Shown here in pieces: positions 53,776 through 64,000 of a stretch of DNA of 64,000 bases. The position numbers were made by a program, and so were the translations under genes. Under the pieces are notes generated by a model. That model did no database searches. It saw nothing but the letters and a program-made list of their open reading frames with translations, and was not told the DNA's origin. Numbering within the stretch: the first letter of the stretch is position 1; each line of letters starts with the position of its first letter. The stretch is from Naegleria gruberi (lineage: Eukaryota), in assembly GCA_000004985.1 (NCBI GenBank), contig GG738846.1. The stretch is one strand, 5' to 3'.

Positions 53776-54740
53776 ATGTTGAGAAGACAAACCTCTACTT
53801 TCCTCGCCAAGTAAATATCACATTTATTTTTTTAATTGTATGACTAACACATTTGTGCTGCTATCTTTTTAAAATATAAATTTGCGCTCGCTTCCTACTA
53901 TTAAACAACAATAGCGCTTTGAAGCAACAAAAGACCTACGGTTTTGCTACCTATGCCACAGCTACTCAAGCTGCTACTTTGGATGAAACTGTCAGAAAGG
54001 TTTTGAAGCCAGAAGTTTTGAAGGTCATTGAAGCCAAGACTGACTCTCTCTTGATCAAAAAATTGAACTTCTTGGGTAGATACTTTGTCTGCAGATTGAA
54101 CGTTGCCAGCAAGTTGATCTTGAATTCCTTGTCTCAAGAAAACTGCTTCAGAATTATTGTTAACGAATTGGATGATCCATGGGAATACTACTGGAAGCAA
54201 GTTAGAAAGAACGGTAAGGACTCTCAAAAGTGGTTGGAAAGCTTGAGGGAAGTTAAGGACTTGCCAATGATTGCTGATAGATGTTGGAGAAACATGTTGC
54301 TCTCTGGTGTTTATCCAACTACTGAACACTTCAACACTTATCTTGATGTCTTGGCCAATACAAATGACAACTTCTACCTCCACGATACTTTCGATGATTT
54401 GAAGAGAAGAAACCCATATCAAAAGCCTGATGCTGCTACCTTCAACACCATGTTGGACAACTACATTAGACATCAAGATGGTCAAAGAGCCCTCGTCCAA
54501 TTGGAATACATGAAATCAAAGAATATTGCTGTTGATGCTTCCTTGGAAGGTAAGCTTAAGGAACTCGTTGCTACCTATGATCACGAAAAGGGTGCCGCTT
54601 GGGCTTTGGACAGAGGTGCTGATAAGCCAGAATTCGAAGTTAAGAAGGAACAAGCTTTAGAAAAGAATCAAAACAAGATTTCTGATAACTTGGAAAGATA
54701 CATCCAACCAGACTTCTCCAAGTTGGTTGTCCAAGAGTAA
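53776..54740 (+). CDS. Organelle-targeted (mitochondrial-presequence) PPR-like protein, 2 exons (286 aa). Strongly codon-optimised.
   Basis: Exon 1 is 53776..53810 (MLRRQTSTFLAN). The 104-nt intron is 53811..53914 (GTAAAT..TAG, phase 2). Exon 2 is 53915..54740. The presequence is Arg/Ser/Thr/Ala-rich. A PPR-like motif is PDAATFNTMLDNYIRHQDGQRALVQLEYMKSKNIAV. Codon usage is shifted to GCT/AAG/TTG/GGT/AGA/CCA, unlike the neighbours. Confidence 0.55.
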
Positions 54741-55165
54741 ATTCATTGACATGCCATCACCATCACTTTTTGTATTTAAATTGAGGGACTAAGGTTCCGG
54801 GAGGTCCCGTCATTGGGAGTTTTAACATCGTTCAATTGAAAAATAAACGCTTCATTAAACATAAATTATTTAAAAATAATGTAATTATTATCTTGAAAAT
54901 TAAAATAAATATATTTGAAAATTAAACACTCCAAGTGGCTTTATGTTTATTGTTGAAAATAGAATACAGAGGTTGATAATCAAAACTACTTGTTGATGTT
55001 CTCGAAAACCATTAATTGATTGAACCGCTAAAACACGTTACAGTAGTAGATTTGAAAAAACCAAGTTTAAAAAAAAATAAAACCACTAACTACAGTCCCT
55101 CAATTTGATAATTGTGGTTTTGCAACAGCTTTTCCTAAGGTATAACAACAATAAGAACAAACATC

Positions 55166-55795
55166 ATGTATAGTACAACAAATTCAGAGGAATTTTCCAA
55201 CAAGTTCCAACGATCTCTAGATGGTCCAAACAACCATAACATCTTTCCTAGACAATCCCCTTCCAATCATAATACGGATCCAAACTTGATGAGAACCACC
55301 CAATTGTTCCATTCAACAATTAATAGTAAATCAGTTACACTTCATAAGGGAACAGGTGGAGGTTTTCAAACAAACAATTTACCATTTCGCCCAACTGATA
55401 ATGAAATTCCTGTTCAACCAGTGACAAGATGGAGAGACAGACTCATTGATCCTAATTGCCATCCATCAGATTTGTCAATGTCTCAATCAGCATTTAATAA
55501 GAAGGCTAGTTTATACAAGGAGAAGGAACATGCAGATGTTTTGGTTGAGACTTTAAAGAAATCAGCAGGGTATCAATCAAAAGTTGAGGATGATCCTCTC
55601 TTATCATCACATCCAACAGGATACAAGAGCAATTTTAAATCAAAGAACATTGTATCTGGGCAGGATTACCCAGATCATGTTGACTTACCAACCAGACAGC
55701 ATGTTAGTGAAATGAAACAAAACTATACTTTTGGAGATCCTTATCAATTCAATTCATTTATGGACACTATTAAGAGTTCTAACGTAGAGTACTAA
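55166..55795 (+). CDS. Hypothetical hydrophilic protein (209 aa).
   Basis: Clean ORF with moderate codon bias. No recognisable family. Confidence 0.3.
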   Translation: MYSTTNSEEFSNKFQRSLDGPNNHNIFPRQSPSNHNTDPNLMRTTQLFHSTINSKSVTLHKGTGGGFQTNNLPFRPTDNEIPVQPVTRWRDRLIDPNCHPSDLSMSQSAFNKKASLYKEKEHADVLVETLKKSAGYQSKVEDDPLLSSHPTGYKSNFKSKNIVSGQDYPDHVDLPTRQHVSEMKQNYTFGDPYQFNSFMDTIKSSNVEY

Positions 55796-55989
55796 TCCTT
55801 AAAGGACTATCGAATCAGAAAAAATCATTGGATAATATCTAATGATTTACTTGATGATTCCTTGATTCCTTTTGAATTAAACTTGATTGTAAATAATCAC
55901 CACAATAAATAATTCGGAATTTTGTTTCACGTTCTCCGAATGTGGTTTATTGTTGGTGGGAACGTAAAATTGAAACGGTGTGAAAAAAA

Positions 55990-57362
55990 ATGTCATCTAT
56001 TGTATCCGCTATTACTCAACATTCTAATCAATTGTTAATCCTCGGCTTGGGTGCTGCTTTGGGTTTTGCTGTCTCAAAGACTTGTTGCACTAAAAAGTGT
56101 ACAAGAGGTACTGGAGCTTGTAAGTCTGCCACCACTACTCCATCATCATCAACAACAACAACAACAACTCCATCAACTCCATCATCATCAAAGGGTCCAG
56201 TTGTTGATTACTCCAAGAAGACCAAGGAAGAAATCATTGCTGAATTCAAACAAGTTTTCACTGAATTAAAGCAATTTGTTTTGGAAGATATCAAGGCTAA
56301 CTATGAAGTTCCAGAAGAAAATATCCAATATGTTGAAAGAGTAGGTATTTATATTATTCTCACAGTGTTATTTATCATCACACACTTTACATTAAAATAA
56401 CTACAACATAATTTAAATATATTTAGGTACTTGAATATAACGTTCCTCATGGTAAATTGAATCGTGGATTGGCTGTTGTTGATACTTTGTTGATTTTGAA
56501 TAATTATCAAATTTCTCAAGAAGATTTCAAGTTGGCTAGTATTTTGGGTTGGTGTATTGAATTCCTCCAAGCATTCTTCTTGATTGCTGATGATATTATG
56601 GATGCTAGTGTTACTAGACGTGGTCAACCTTGTTGGTATAAATTGAATGATGTCAAGATGACTGCTTGTAATGATTACTTGATTGTTGAATCTCAAATTT
56701 ACATTATTTTGAAGAAGTATTTCAAAAATGATTTATATGTACCACTCGTTGATTTGTTCCATCAAGTCAGTTATATGACTGAATTGGGTCAATTGCACGA
56801 TTTGAGATCTCTCCCACCAAACGTTGATAAGAATTCTTCTGATGAAATTCCATTCCATACTTTCACTATTGAAACTTATTCATTGATTGTCAAGTACAAG
56901 ACTGCTTTCTACAGTTTCTACTTGCCATTGTACTGTGGTTTGATTTTGAGTGGTAAATTGGATGAAAATATTAGAAAGCAAACTTTGGATATTTCAATTG
57001 CTATGGGTGAATACTTCCAAATTCAAGATGATTATTTGGATTGTTATGGTGATCCAGAACACATTGGTAAGATTGGTAGAGATATTGAAGATTGTAAATG
57101 TTCATGGATGGTTGTTAATGCTTTAAAGTTGGCCAATGAAGAACAATTGACTGTCCTCAAGTCTAACTATGGTAAGGAAGAACCAGAAAAGGTTAAATTG
57201 GTTAAGGAATTGTATGCTCAATTGAATTTGGAACAATTGTACAAGGATTATGAAAAGTCTGCTATTGAATCTATGAATCAATTGATTGCCAAGGTTCCAG
57301 AAGTTATCAATAAGGATATTTACAAGACATTGTTGTCTAAGATTGCTAATAGAACCAAGTAA
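55990..57362 (+). CDS. FPS: Farnesyl-diphosphate synthase, 2 exons (428 aa), with an N-terminal ~75-aa extension. The extension holds a hydrophobic anchor, a Cys cluster and a Thr/Ser-rich linker.
   Basis: Exon 1 is 55990..56340. The intron is 56341..56426 (GTAGGT..TAG, phase 0). Exon 2 is 56427..57362. The FPPS core aligns to human FDPS (EVLEYN..GKLNRGL, FLIADDIMDASVTRRGQPCWY, second Asp-rich motif DDYLD). The exon-1 C-terminal part aligns to the FPPS N-terminus. The preceding extension reads LLILGLGAALGFAVS, CCTKKCTRGTGAC, TTTPSSSTTTTTTPSTPSSS. The ATG is preceded by an in-frame TGA. Confidence 0.8.
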
Positions 57363-57437
57363 ATGAATAGATTGTTTTTTAAAATCGAAATGTGTTTTAT
57401 TTTACAACTTCTTAATTGAGTATTTCAAAGTCATTCA

Positions 57438-60400
57438 TTACACCTTATAACCAATTCTATTCTCCAACCACAAGTTTCTTGCCATTTCTGCAGATGGTCT
57501 TCTTTCATAATTCTTATCCAACATGATCATTACAAAATCAATAATGGCATTCACATCAATGGTTTGACCATTCACTATCACAGTATTATTATTACTTGGG
57601 GTAGCTAATAAGTTTTGACTACTTCCACTATTTGCACTGAGTGGCAAGTTACCAGCATTCAACGATTCCATAAAGGCCAAAGTCAATCTCTCTCTAATTT
57701 CCTTACCACCATTGAGGATAGAAATTCTTACAGTAGTTTGGAAATCTCTTGTTATCATGATATAAAATACACATCCCAATCCATAGATATCAGTTTTAGA
57801 TACATCTTTCACTTCACCAGCAAATAATTCTGGACTTTGGAACAATTCTGTACCAACAATACTTGTTTTTGTAATTACATTTTCAATATCTCCCTTTGCT
57901 AATCCAAAATCTGATAGAACAACATGATCTTGTGATTTTAAAAGGAAGTTTTCTGGTTTGATATCTCTGTGATAGACTTGTCTCTGATGAATATATTCAA
58001 TACTTGATAACATTTGTCGCATATAATTCAAAATTCTATTAATTGGTAAATTAGATTTCAAATTCAATAAATAAGATTGGAAATCACCCATTTCTAAAAA
58101 TGGCATTGTAAAACACCATTTTTCAAAATTACCAATATTAGTTTCAAATATTTCATAGACAGGTAAAATATTTTCATGATTCAATTTGGACATTTGAATA
58201 AATTCAACATTATTTCCCTCTTCTCTTGGTAAAATCTTCAAGGCAAGTATCTTTTTATCTTCACTCTGTAAATCACAAACTTTGAAAACACTTCCAAAAC
58301 CACCAAAACCAATCTTTTTCAATACTTCATATCTATTGATTAGAACATTCTTCTTGGTCTTTTTAACTTGATTTCCATTATTAGAAGTACTACTCTTCTT
58401 AATATTATTATACAATTTGACTAGATTTGAGATTTCTGTATTATCAGAGAGTGGTTTGATAAAGTAATTATAAATTAAATCTAGATTTGACTTTTCAAAT
58501 ATGAGTTTAAAGTATTCTTCAACATTTGGAATGGAGTTTTTGAGTTTTGGTAAAAGATTTGCATTAGAGAATAATCTAACATTGATAAAATCGGTCCACT
58601 TTTCATAAAATCTATTATGATTACCATTATAATTTGTAACTGACATTGGTAAAAAGTAAATATTAACAAATTTGGTATAGTCAATATTTGAAATTTCTTG
58701 TAAATAGTTTGCCATATACTCAAATATGGTAATCTTCATTTCAGTATCAAGTATTGTTGAAAATGATGCTAAACATAAACATTCCAAATAAATATTGGAA
58801 TTAAAATTATACTTTCTGATATATTTTAAAAATTCAAAAATATCCAACACTCTCTTCTTATGGAATGGTCTAAACATTTCAATTTCGGAAACCAATGGAT
58901 TGATACATTGTAATTTATCAAATTCTCCATTAAGTGTTGAATTAATCATACTTAATATAATGTTAATAGTTTCTTGATTATTTTCAGAGATGGAGAGCAT
59001 TTCTGTAAAGAGATTGTCATTATTACAAGACCAATAAATGATCAAGTAGAAGAATGTATAAATTTTCTTTCTTAATTCCATTGAATTGGTATATAATTGT
59101 TCACTCTTTGGTTTAGTTTCCATTTCTTTCAAATACTTTTTACAATCGGCCATTAATTGAATATCAGAGTTGAGTAAAATTGGACCAAATTGACAAAGTT
59201 GATAAAATAAATTAATAATAACTGGAGTACTCAACTCATTATTGACAATGATAGTATTTTCAAATAATCTACCAATTTGAACCAATAGTGGAATGTAATT
59301 CTTATCTTTCTGAATATTCTCCTTAATGAGAGGTATGGTAATTTTAATGAGAATAGAATTGATAAGATTAACATTAAATGTTTGGAAACATTTGGATTTG
59401 AGAATGTTTGAATATACATTGAATTTTTCAGTTTGTGAAATTTCAATTTCGAATAGGTTCTTTAAGAATGCTTCAAACTCTTCATAGGTCAGAATTTCAA
59501 ATAAAATATCAAATACAGAGACAGTGAGTGATTTCATCAAATTACCCTTCACAACAGCAACATTTGGTAAGTTGGTTGCATTGAGGTTTAGAATGAGTAG
59601 TAATTTAGAAACGAGTGAATTAAATTGTTCTTTAAATTCAATAATTTCTTTGGTTTGCTTTGTTTGCTTCTTCTTTTCCTGTTGGGAACTATTCTTCTTT
59701 TTCAACATGATCATAACAAGTGAGAATGATTGAATGGCATGATAAATAGTCTTGTAGTGGATTTCATTATTAGAAATTGAAGTAGAGTTATTCTTTGAAA
59801 TCATTGAGAGAGTATTTAACGATTCTTGTAATCTATCATTGAGATAGATTAAAACAGATTGATAAACTTTTTCATTAATTGGAATCTTGTAAATGATTTG
59901 TTCAAATAATAGTTCAGAATTTTTAAAATATTGACCAATGAAATAGAATAGAGATTCCAAAGTCTTCAATCGAATATGTGGATCATCAAAGTAAAATTCC
60001 AAAATTGAAAACAATGAAATGAATAACCCATTTGCATGTAAAACACATTCCTTATAGGTAATCTTCTTTTTTACAACTTCAATCAATTCAAGTATTGAAA
60101 TATTCTTGATAATGAATTGCTTCCACAGGAAGAATATTTGTAAATAGTTGTTATGCGGTATTGTTGAAATGAAGAATGTAAAACTCATTTTGATATTATT
60201 CTTTTCAGGTTTTGATTTCTTCAATTCAGGTAAAATACTTAAAATATTAGCTCTCGATGATAAATTACCATATAAAGTATTGGATGAATTCTTTTGTGGC
60301 TTGTATAGTTCAATAAGTTTCAATTTTTCAAAATTCATAATTGATTCATTATCTGTAAACTTGTAAAAACCAACAAGTGCTGGTTCATCTTCAATTTCAT

Positions 60401-62534
60401 ACTTATTTCCCCTGCTCGAATTGTTAATGTTATAAATATAGAGATATAGATATAAATTATCAAAACTCTCAACATTGGAAGCATCAATGTGAAAAGGTTC
60501 AAAGAATTTTGGATTTGTTTTTTTACAGAACAAGTAACTTGTATAGTGATAGGGTCCATCAATATTATCCATCAATTTACCAGATCTAATCTTGATTGGA
60601 TCATTTTCATTATTTCTATAAAGTGGAATAAATCTTCCCTCCTTTGTTTGATTATTCTTCACTTCAAATAATCGAATAACTACGAGTGGATTCTTGGATT
60701 TTATCATTGAAGATGAAAATGTAGCTCTATCCATTGATGGATAAATATCACATCTATTTTCTAAGAATGAATAATTGGTTCTAATTTCATTCTTTGTATT
60801 GATTGAAAACCAATTAATAGGTTTAGCTGTTGTAAGTCTTTGAAATTGTGGCTGATCATTTAAAATTATATCATAATCACCCTTATAAAATACAAAATTA
60901 ACATTTAACTGATCTTTCAATTGTTTACATTCAGTTCCAATTGTTTTGTAAGAGTAGAGTGAAGTTGGAGCACTCTGTACACTAGTTGTTGATAATTCAT
61001 TAATGAGAGATGTTAAAGTTGTGGAAGAACCTGCATTTGGTGAGCTAAGGGCTGATGAGGTAGAACCTGTTGTTATTGTTGTACTGGTGGTGGAACCTGA
61101 TGTGAATGGTGATAGTGTTGTTGATGCATTTGTTGTTGATATTGTTGTTGATGGAGCACTGCTGCCCATTAGAAGATTACCAAGTGAAGAGGCATTACTG
61201 GTGGAGGATGAATTTAAACCGAGAAGTTCACTCGAAGAGGATGGGTTATTTCCACCCATGATAGATCCCTTTCTTCCAATTGTATTGTTATTATGAGATG
61301 TTGTTGTTGTATTGTTATTACTATTTGAATTGTCACTAGTTGAAGAAGTATTCGAATCTTCATCTTCTAACAGATAGGTTGGTTTAACACTTAAACGTTT
61401 ACCAACATGTTGAGCAGCAATAACAGCATGTAACATTGTAAATTTCTTTTCATGAGTCTTTTCATAAAATTCACAAGATTTTGTTATGGATTGACCATTT
61501 GATAATTCTCTAATAGTATCATGATCGAATGGAATTGCACAAACAGCAAGAGGTCTCCTCAAGTGTGTAATATCTGAATCATCTTTTGCAGGATTGTAAT
61601 TATACATGAAATTTTGACTATTATTATCAATATTTGATAGTAAACTAGTAGAATTATTATTAGAAATTGATGTCTTTGTAATATTATACTTTTTAAAGGC
61701 TCTACCTATTAGAAATATATCATCCTTTAATAAATAGGATCCAGTAACATCTCTAAATAAACAAATTCTGTTTCTACCACTGTCAGATGAAATTGCTACA
61801 GTTTCCGATATAAATCTTGCTTCATTTAAACTATAAAGTGTAAAATCAATTTCAATATTTTCCTCACTCTGAGCAGAAAATATATGAAAATCAAAAACAA
61901 CCATCAATTGAAAAGTATCATTAATAGAAATGTTCAATTTCTTTGTACTTTCTTCCACATTATCCAAATCTGAATTTCCATCATTGACATTTAATGATGA
62001 TGATCCACTGCTATTGTTATTGGATGAAGAATTACCACTACCAATACTACCATTACTTGTATTGAGTGATGATGATGCTGATGCTGACGAGGTTGAATTT
62101 GATGAAGATCCAGCACCATTAGTATTCATCTTTTTAGATAGGGTATTCAAAACTTTATCTTTAAAGGAGAGACTCTTCTTCTTTTCATTGGTAGTACCAG
62201 CCCCCATTGGACTAGAAGAGGAGGGTGATGTTTGTTGTTGTTGTTGTTGTTGATGTTTGTTTCTCCTTCTTCTATAATTGAGTGTTACAAGTTTTAAATG
62301 TTGTTTATCATTGATAAATTCTTCAAGGAATGATCGACCATGATTAGTTTCATTCTCAATTTCATTGATGCTATCAATGATGGAAATATAGGGAGAAGTA
62401 GAATTATTTTCATTATTATTATTACTTGAATTGCTGAAACTTTGTCTCAGTGTGTTGTTATTGAAGGAGGAACCACCACTGCCACCAGTGTAGGATGGAA
62501 GTAAATGTGGTGAGGTTCCTGAGATCTTTCTCAT
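57438..62534 (-). CDS. Large (1698 aa) protein with a C-terminal Ser/Thr protein-kinase domain. The N-terminal ~1350 aa is low-complexity plus helical repeat.
   Basis: Kinase subdomains are present: GFGGFGSVFKV, ALKIL, HRDIKPENFLL, DFGLA, GTELFQSPE. The family is unassigned. Confidence 0.65.
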   Translation of the reverse strand: MRKISGTSPHLLPSYTGGSGGSSFNNNTLRQSFSNSSNNNNENNSTSPYISIIDSINEIENETNHGRSFLEEFINDKQHLKLVTLNYRRRRNKHQQQQQQQTSPSSSSPMGAGTTNEKKKSLSFKDKVLNTLSKKMNTNGAGSSSNSTSSASASSSLNTSNGSIGSGNSSSNNNSSGSSSLNVNDGNSDLDNVEESTKKLNISINDTFQLMVVFDFHIFSAQSEENIEIDFTLYSLNEARFISETVAISSDSGRNRICLFRDVTGSYLLKDDIFLIGRAFKKYNITKTSISNNNSTSLLSNIDNNSQNFMYNYNPAKDDSDITHLRRPLAVCAIPFDHDTIRELSNGQSITKSCEFYEKTHEKKFTMLHAVIAAQHVGKRLSVKPTYLLEDEDSNTSSTSDNSNSNNNTTTTSHNNNTIGRKGSIMGGNNPSSSSELLGLNSSSTSNASSLGNLLMGSSAPSTTISTTNASTTLSPFTSGSTTSTTITTGSTSSALSSPNAGSSTTLTSLINELSTTSVQSAPTSLYSYKTIGTECKQLKDQLNVNFVFYKGDYDIILNDQPQFQRLTTAKPINWFSINTKNEIRTNYSFLENRCDIYPSMDRATFSSSMIKSKNPLVVIRLFEVKNNQTKEGRFIPLYRNNENDPIKIRSGKLMDNIDGPYHYTSYLFCKKTNPKFFEPFHIDASNVESFDNLYLYLYIYNINNSSRGNKYEIEDEPALVGFYKFTDNESIMNFEKLKLIELYKPQKNSSNTLYGNLSSRANILSILPELKKSKPEKNNIKMSFTFFISTIPHNNYLQIFFLWKQFIIKNISILELIEVVKKKITYKECVLHANGLFISLFSILEFYFDDPHIRLKTLESLFYFIGQYFKNSELLFEQIIYKIPINEKVYQSVLIYLNDRLQESLNTLSMISKNNSTSISNNEIHYKTIYHAIQSFSLVMIMLKKKNSSQQEKKKQTKQTKEIIEFKEQFNSLVSKLLLILNLNATNLPNVAVVKGNLMKSLTVSVFDILFEILTYEEFEAFLKNLFEIEISQTEKFNVYSNILKSKCFQTFNVNLINSILIKITIPLIKENIQKDKNYIPLLVQIGRLFENTIIVNNELSTPVIINLFYQLCQFGPILLNSDIQLMADCKKYLKEMETKPKSEQLYTNSMELRKKIYTFFYLIIYWSCNNDNLFTEMLSISENNQETINIILSMINSTLNGEFDKLQCINPLVSEIEMFRPFHKKRVLDIFEFLKYIRKYNFNSNIYLECLCLASFSTILDTEMKITIFEYMANYLQEISNIDYTKFVNIYFLPMSVTNYNGNHNRFYEKWTDFINVRLFSNANLLPKLKNSIPNVEEYFKLIFEKSNLDLIYNYFIKPLSDNTEISNLVKLYNNIKKSSTSNNGNQVKKTKKNVLINRYEVLKKIGFGGFGSVFKVCDLQSEDKKILALKILPREEGNNVEFIQMSKLNHENILPVYEIFETNIGNFEKWCFTMPFLEMGDFQSYLLNLKSNLPINRILNYMRQMLSSIEYIHQRQVYHRDIKPENFLLKSQDHVVLSDFGLAKGDIENVITKTSIVGTELFQSPELFAGEVKDVSKTDIYGLGCVFYIMITRDFQTTVRISILNGGKEIRERLTLAFMESLNAGNLPLSANSGSSQNLLATPSNNNTVIVNGQTIDVNAIIDFVMIMLDKNYERRPSAEMARNLWLENRIGYKV

Positions 62535-62803
62535 TATTTTTTTTTTAATTTCACAAAGAGTTCAATGACATTTGAAGTGATCTCTCTCTTTTTCAAAGAA
62601 GCCTTCAATTTTTAAGGGGACAAGTTATCGTTTTTTCAAATACTGGTAGGTTTGATGAGATGTGCAGAGGAAATAAGACTTTATTAAAAAAAGACACTTT
62701 GAAGAATGGATTTCAGTTAAGCAGCAGATTAAAGTGTAATTATTACACACAAATTATTCTATAGACTACTACTACTCATTTGAATATATTGGGAATAAAA
62801 CTT

Positions 62804-63706
62804 TTATTTTTCATTTGTTGAACTATTGTTCAATAAGCATTGTTGCATTAATTGATTTAATTTAGAACAACCATCAATACATAAATCCATAGCTTCACCA
62901 ATTTTCTGATAACTCATATCACCAACTTGAGATAATTGAGTTACTTGATTTAAATTGGACATGTAAGCACAAACCATACCACCACTTGCATATTTATATT
63001 CCAAATTAGTTGGATCAACAATAATATGACCTTCCAATTCGCTTGTTGTACAAGCACTAACCATATCATACATTTCAATGCCAGCATTTGCAAGAGCTAA
63101 ACTAGCACAACTAATAGCAGCACTCAAAGCACTTCCATCATCTTGTAAAATAAAACAATATACATCAATAACACTCTTTGGATATTTATCCAATCTAATT
63201 GAAACCTCCAAAGCTTCACGTAAATGAATAGAATTTTCAACATGATGTCTCCTATTATTATTACTTGAATTATTTAAAAATGTTGATTGATTATTTGAAG
63301 ATTGATAAGCAAAATTAGCAACTCTATATTCACATTGTATTGCTCCGATATCACTAAATTCATTCCTGGCACTGATTTGTCTTGGTCCATAGACTGAACA
63401 AATTACTTTAGTTCCATTTTGATATTCCATATAGGCACTTCCACGTGCTTGTTTTATCACTCCAACTTGCATGAATACATTACGGAATTTATCACATGTA
63501 CGATTATCTTGTCTTTTTCCTGTTTCTATATTAATTAAATTTTTACTACTAGTAGCATTGTTATTATTAATAGTGGTATTATTATTCTTTGTTGTATTAT
63601 TGTTTGATGGATAGATTGGTCTCACCGAAAGTGCAGGAGGCTGATTCAAGAGTGAAGCTGTTGATGTTGGATTTAAAATATTGGTAATGCTGCTACTTGA
63701 TGACAT
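62804..63706 (-). CDS. RNase-PH-like exosome core subunit (Rrp41/Mtr3 family).
   Basis: RQDNRTCDKFRNVFMQVGVIKQARGSAYMEYQNGTKVICSVYGPRQ matches the exosome PH-domain pattern (R.DGR...lR.....g.l..adGSA....G.T.vl..V.GP). The C-terminal PH-domain half is also present. Confidence 0.6.
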   Translation of the reverse strand: MSSSSSITNILNPTSTASLLNQPPALSVRPIYPSNNNTTKNNNTTINNNNATSSKNLINIETGKRQDNRTCDKFRNVFMQVGVIKQARGSAYMEYQNGTKVICSVYGPRQISARNEFSDIGAIQCEYRVANFAYQSSNNQSTFLNNSSNNNRRHHVENSIHLREALEVSIRLDKYPKSVIDVYCFILQDDGSALSAAISCASLALANAGIEMYDMVSACTTSELEGHIIVDPTNLEYKYASGGMVCAYMSNLNQVTQLSQVGDMSYQKIGEAMDLCIDGCSKLNQLMQQCLLNNSSTNEK

Positions 63707-63855
63707 TTTTTAAAAATTTATTTTCACATTCTTATTTGAACAATCTTAAAGTTGTTAGACACAATTCTTTAAATATTTAAATGTAAAATTAATATATTTA
63801 TTCATATTAATTCATTATTTAATACATTGTTTTTTAAAATTTATTTTTGAAACAT

Positions 63856-64000
63856 TTATTGTTTAGTATTATTATTATTTGGAGTTGTGGATCTACAACG
63901 ATCAAATGATGGGAAATTACAACCAGCAAATACTGCCACAAGGGCAATAATAACTAAAATACAAATACAAATAATTGAAAGGATAATAATTCTCTTTTTC
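63856..64000 (-). CDS. Partial CDS (C-terminal ~47 codons) of a membrane protein whose gene starts beyond the window end.
   Basis: The minus-strand frame is open from the window edge. It shows a TM-like stretch (IIILSIICICILVIIALVAVFAGC) and then a stop. Evidence is weak. Confidence 0.2.
   Translation of the reverse strand, partial: KKRIIILSIICICILVIIALVAVFAGCNFPSFDRCRSTTPNNNNTKQ

Noticed and set aside
1-64000. Prokaryotic interpretation (operons, defence islands, CRISPR).
   Set aside because: Repeated canonical spliceosomal introns with consistent phases join the ORF fragments. The proteins are eukaryote-specific (IFT80, Vps15, PRP6, BAF60, Slo channel). There are no RBS-like spacing patterns and no direct-repeat arrays.

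Overview
This window is eukaryotic nuclear DNA, not prokaryotic. Spliceosomal introns recur throughout: they are short (37-132 nt), phase-consistent, with GTAAGT/GTATGT/GTAAAT/GTAGGT/GTGAGT donors and YAG acceptors. Most ORF-track entries are therefore single exons. Many ORF-track M residues are actually TTG/GTG/CTG codons inside exons, not real starts. The sequence is AT-rich (coding about 30-35% GC, intergenic lower) and very gene-dense, with about 33 protein genes in 64 kb. Convergent stop codons lie 1-4 bp apart and some tandem genes are separated by 100 bp or less.

Alignment to well-known families gives confident calls for: IFT80; a Slo/BK-type K+ channel (6 exons); Vps15; Prp6; DDX41; NMNAT; a class-IV sirtuin; BAF60/SMARCD; FPP synthase; esterase D (S-formylglutathione hydrolase); IU-nucleoside hydrolase; an RNase-PH exosome subunit; a TTL-like protein; and several PPR proteins. 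IFT80, the TTL-like protein and a Slo channel imply a flagellated/ciliated unicellular eukaryote with a mitochondrial genome (many PPR proteins). I cannot name the species.

The most unusual structures are:
- A near-identical ~1.1-kb segmental duplication (13874-14964 and 19783-20496) that brackets a 4.8-kb segment and creates chimeric pseudogene fragments of an NMNAT gene and a receptor-like membrane protein gene.
- A ~485-bp element with 29-bp terminal inverted repeats inside that segment.
- An FPP synthase with an N-terminal membrane-anchor/Cys-rich/Thr-rich extension.
- A GC-rich E2F-like motif (C/G)CGCCAA(A/C) recurring 40-95 bp upstream of at least five genes, including IFT80 and the TTL-like gene.
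- A block of strongly codon-optimised genes (53.8-57.4 kb).
- Tandem gene pairs with essentially no intergenic space.
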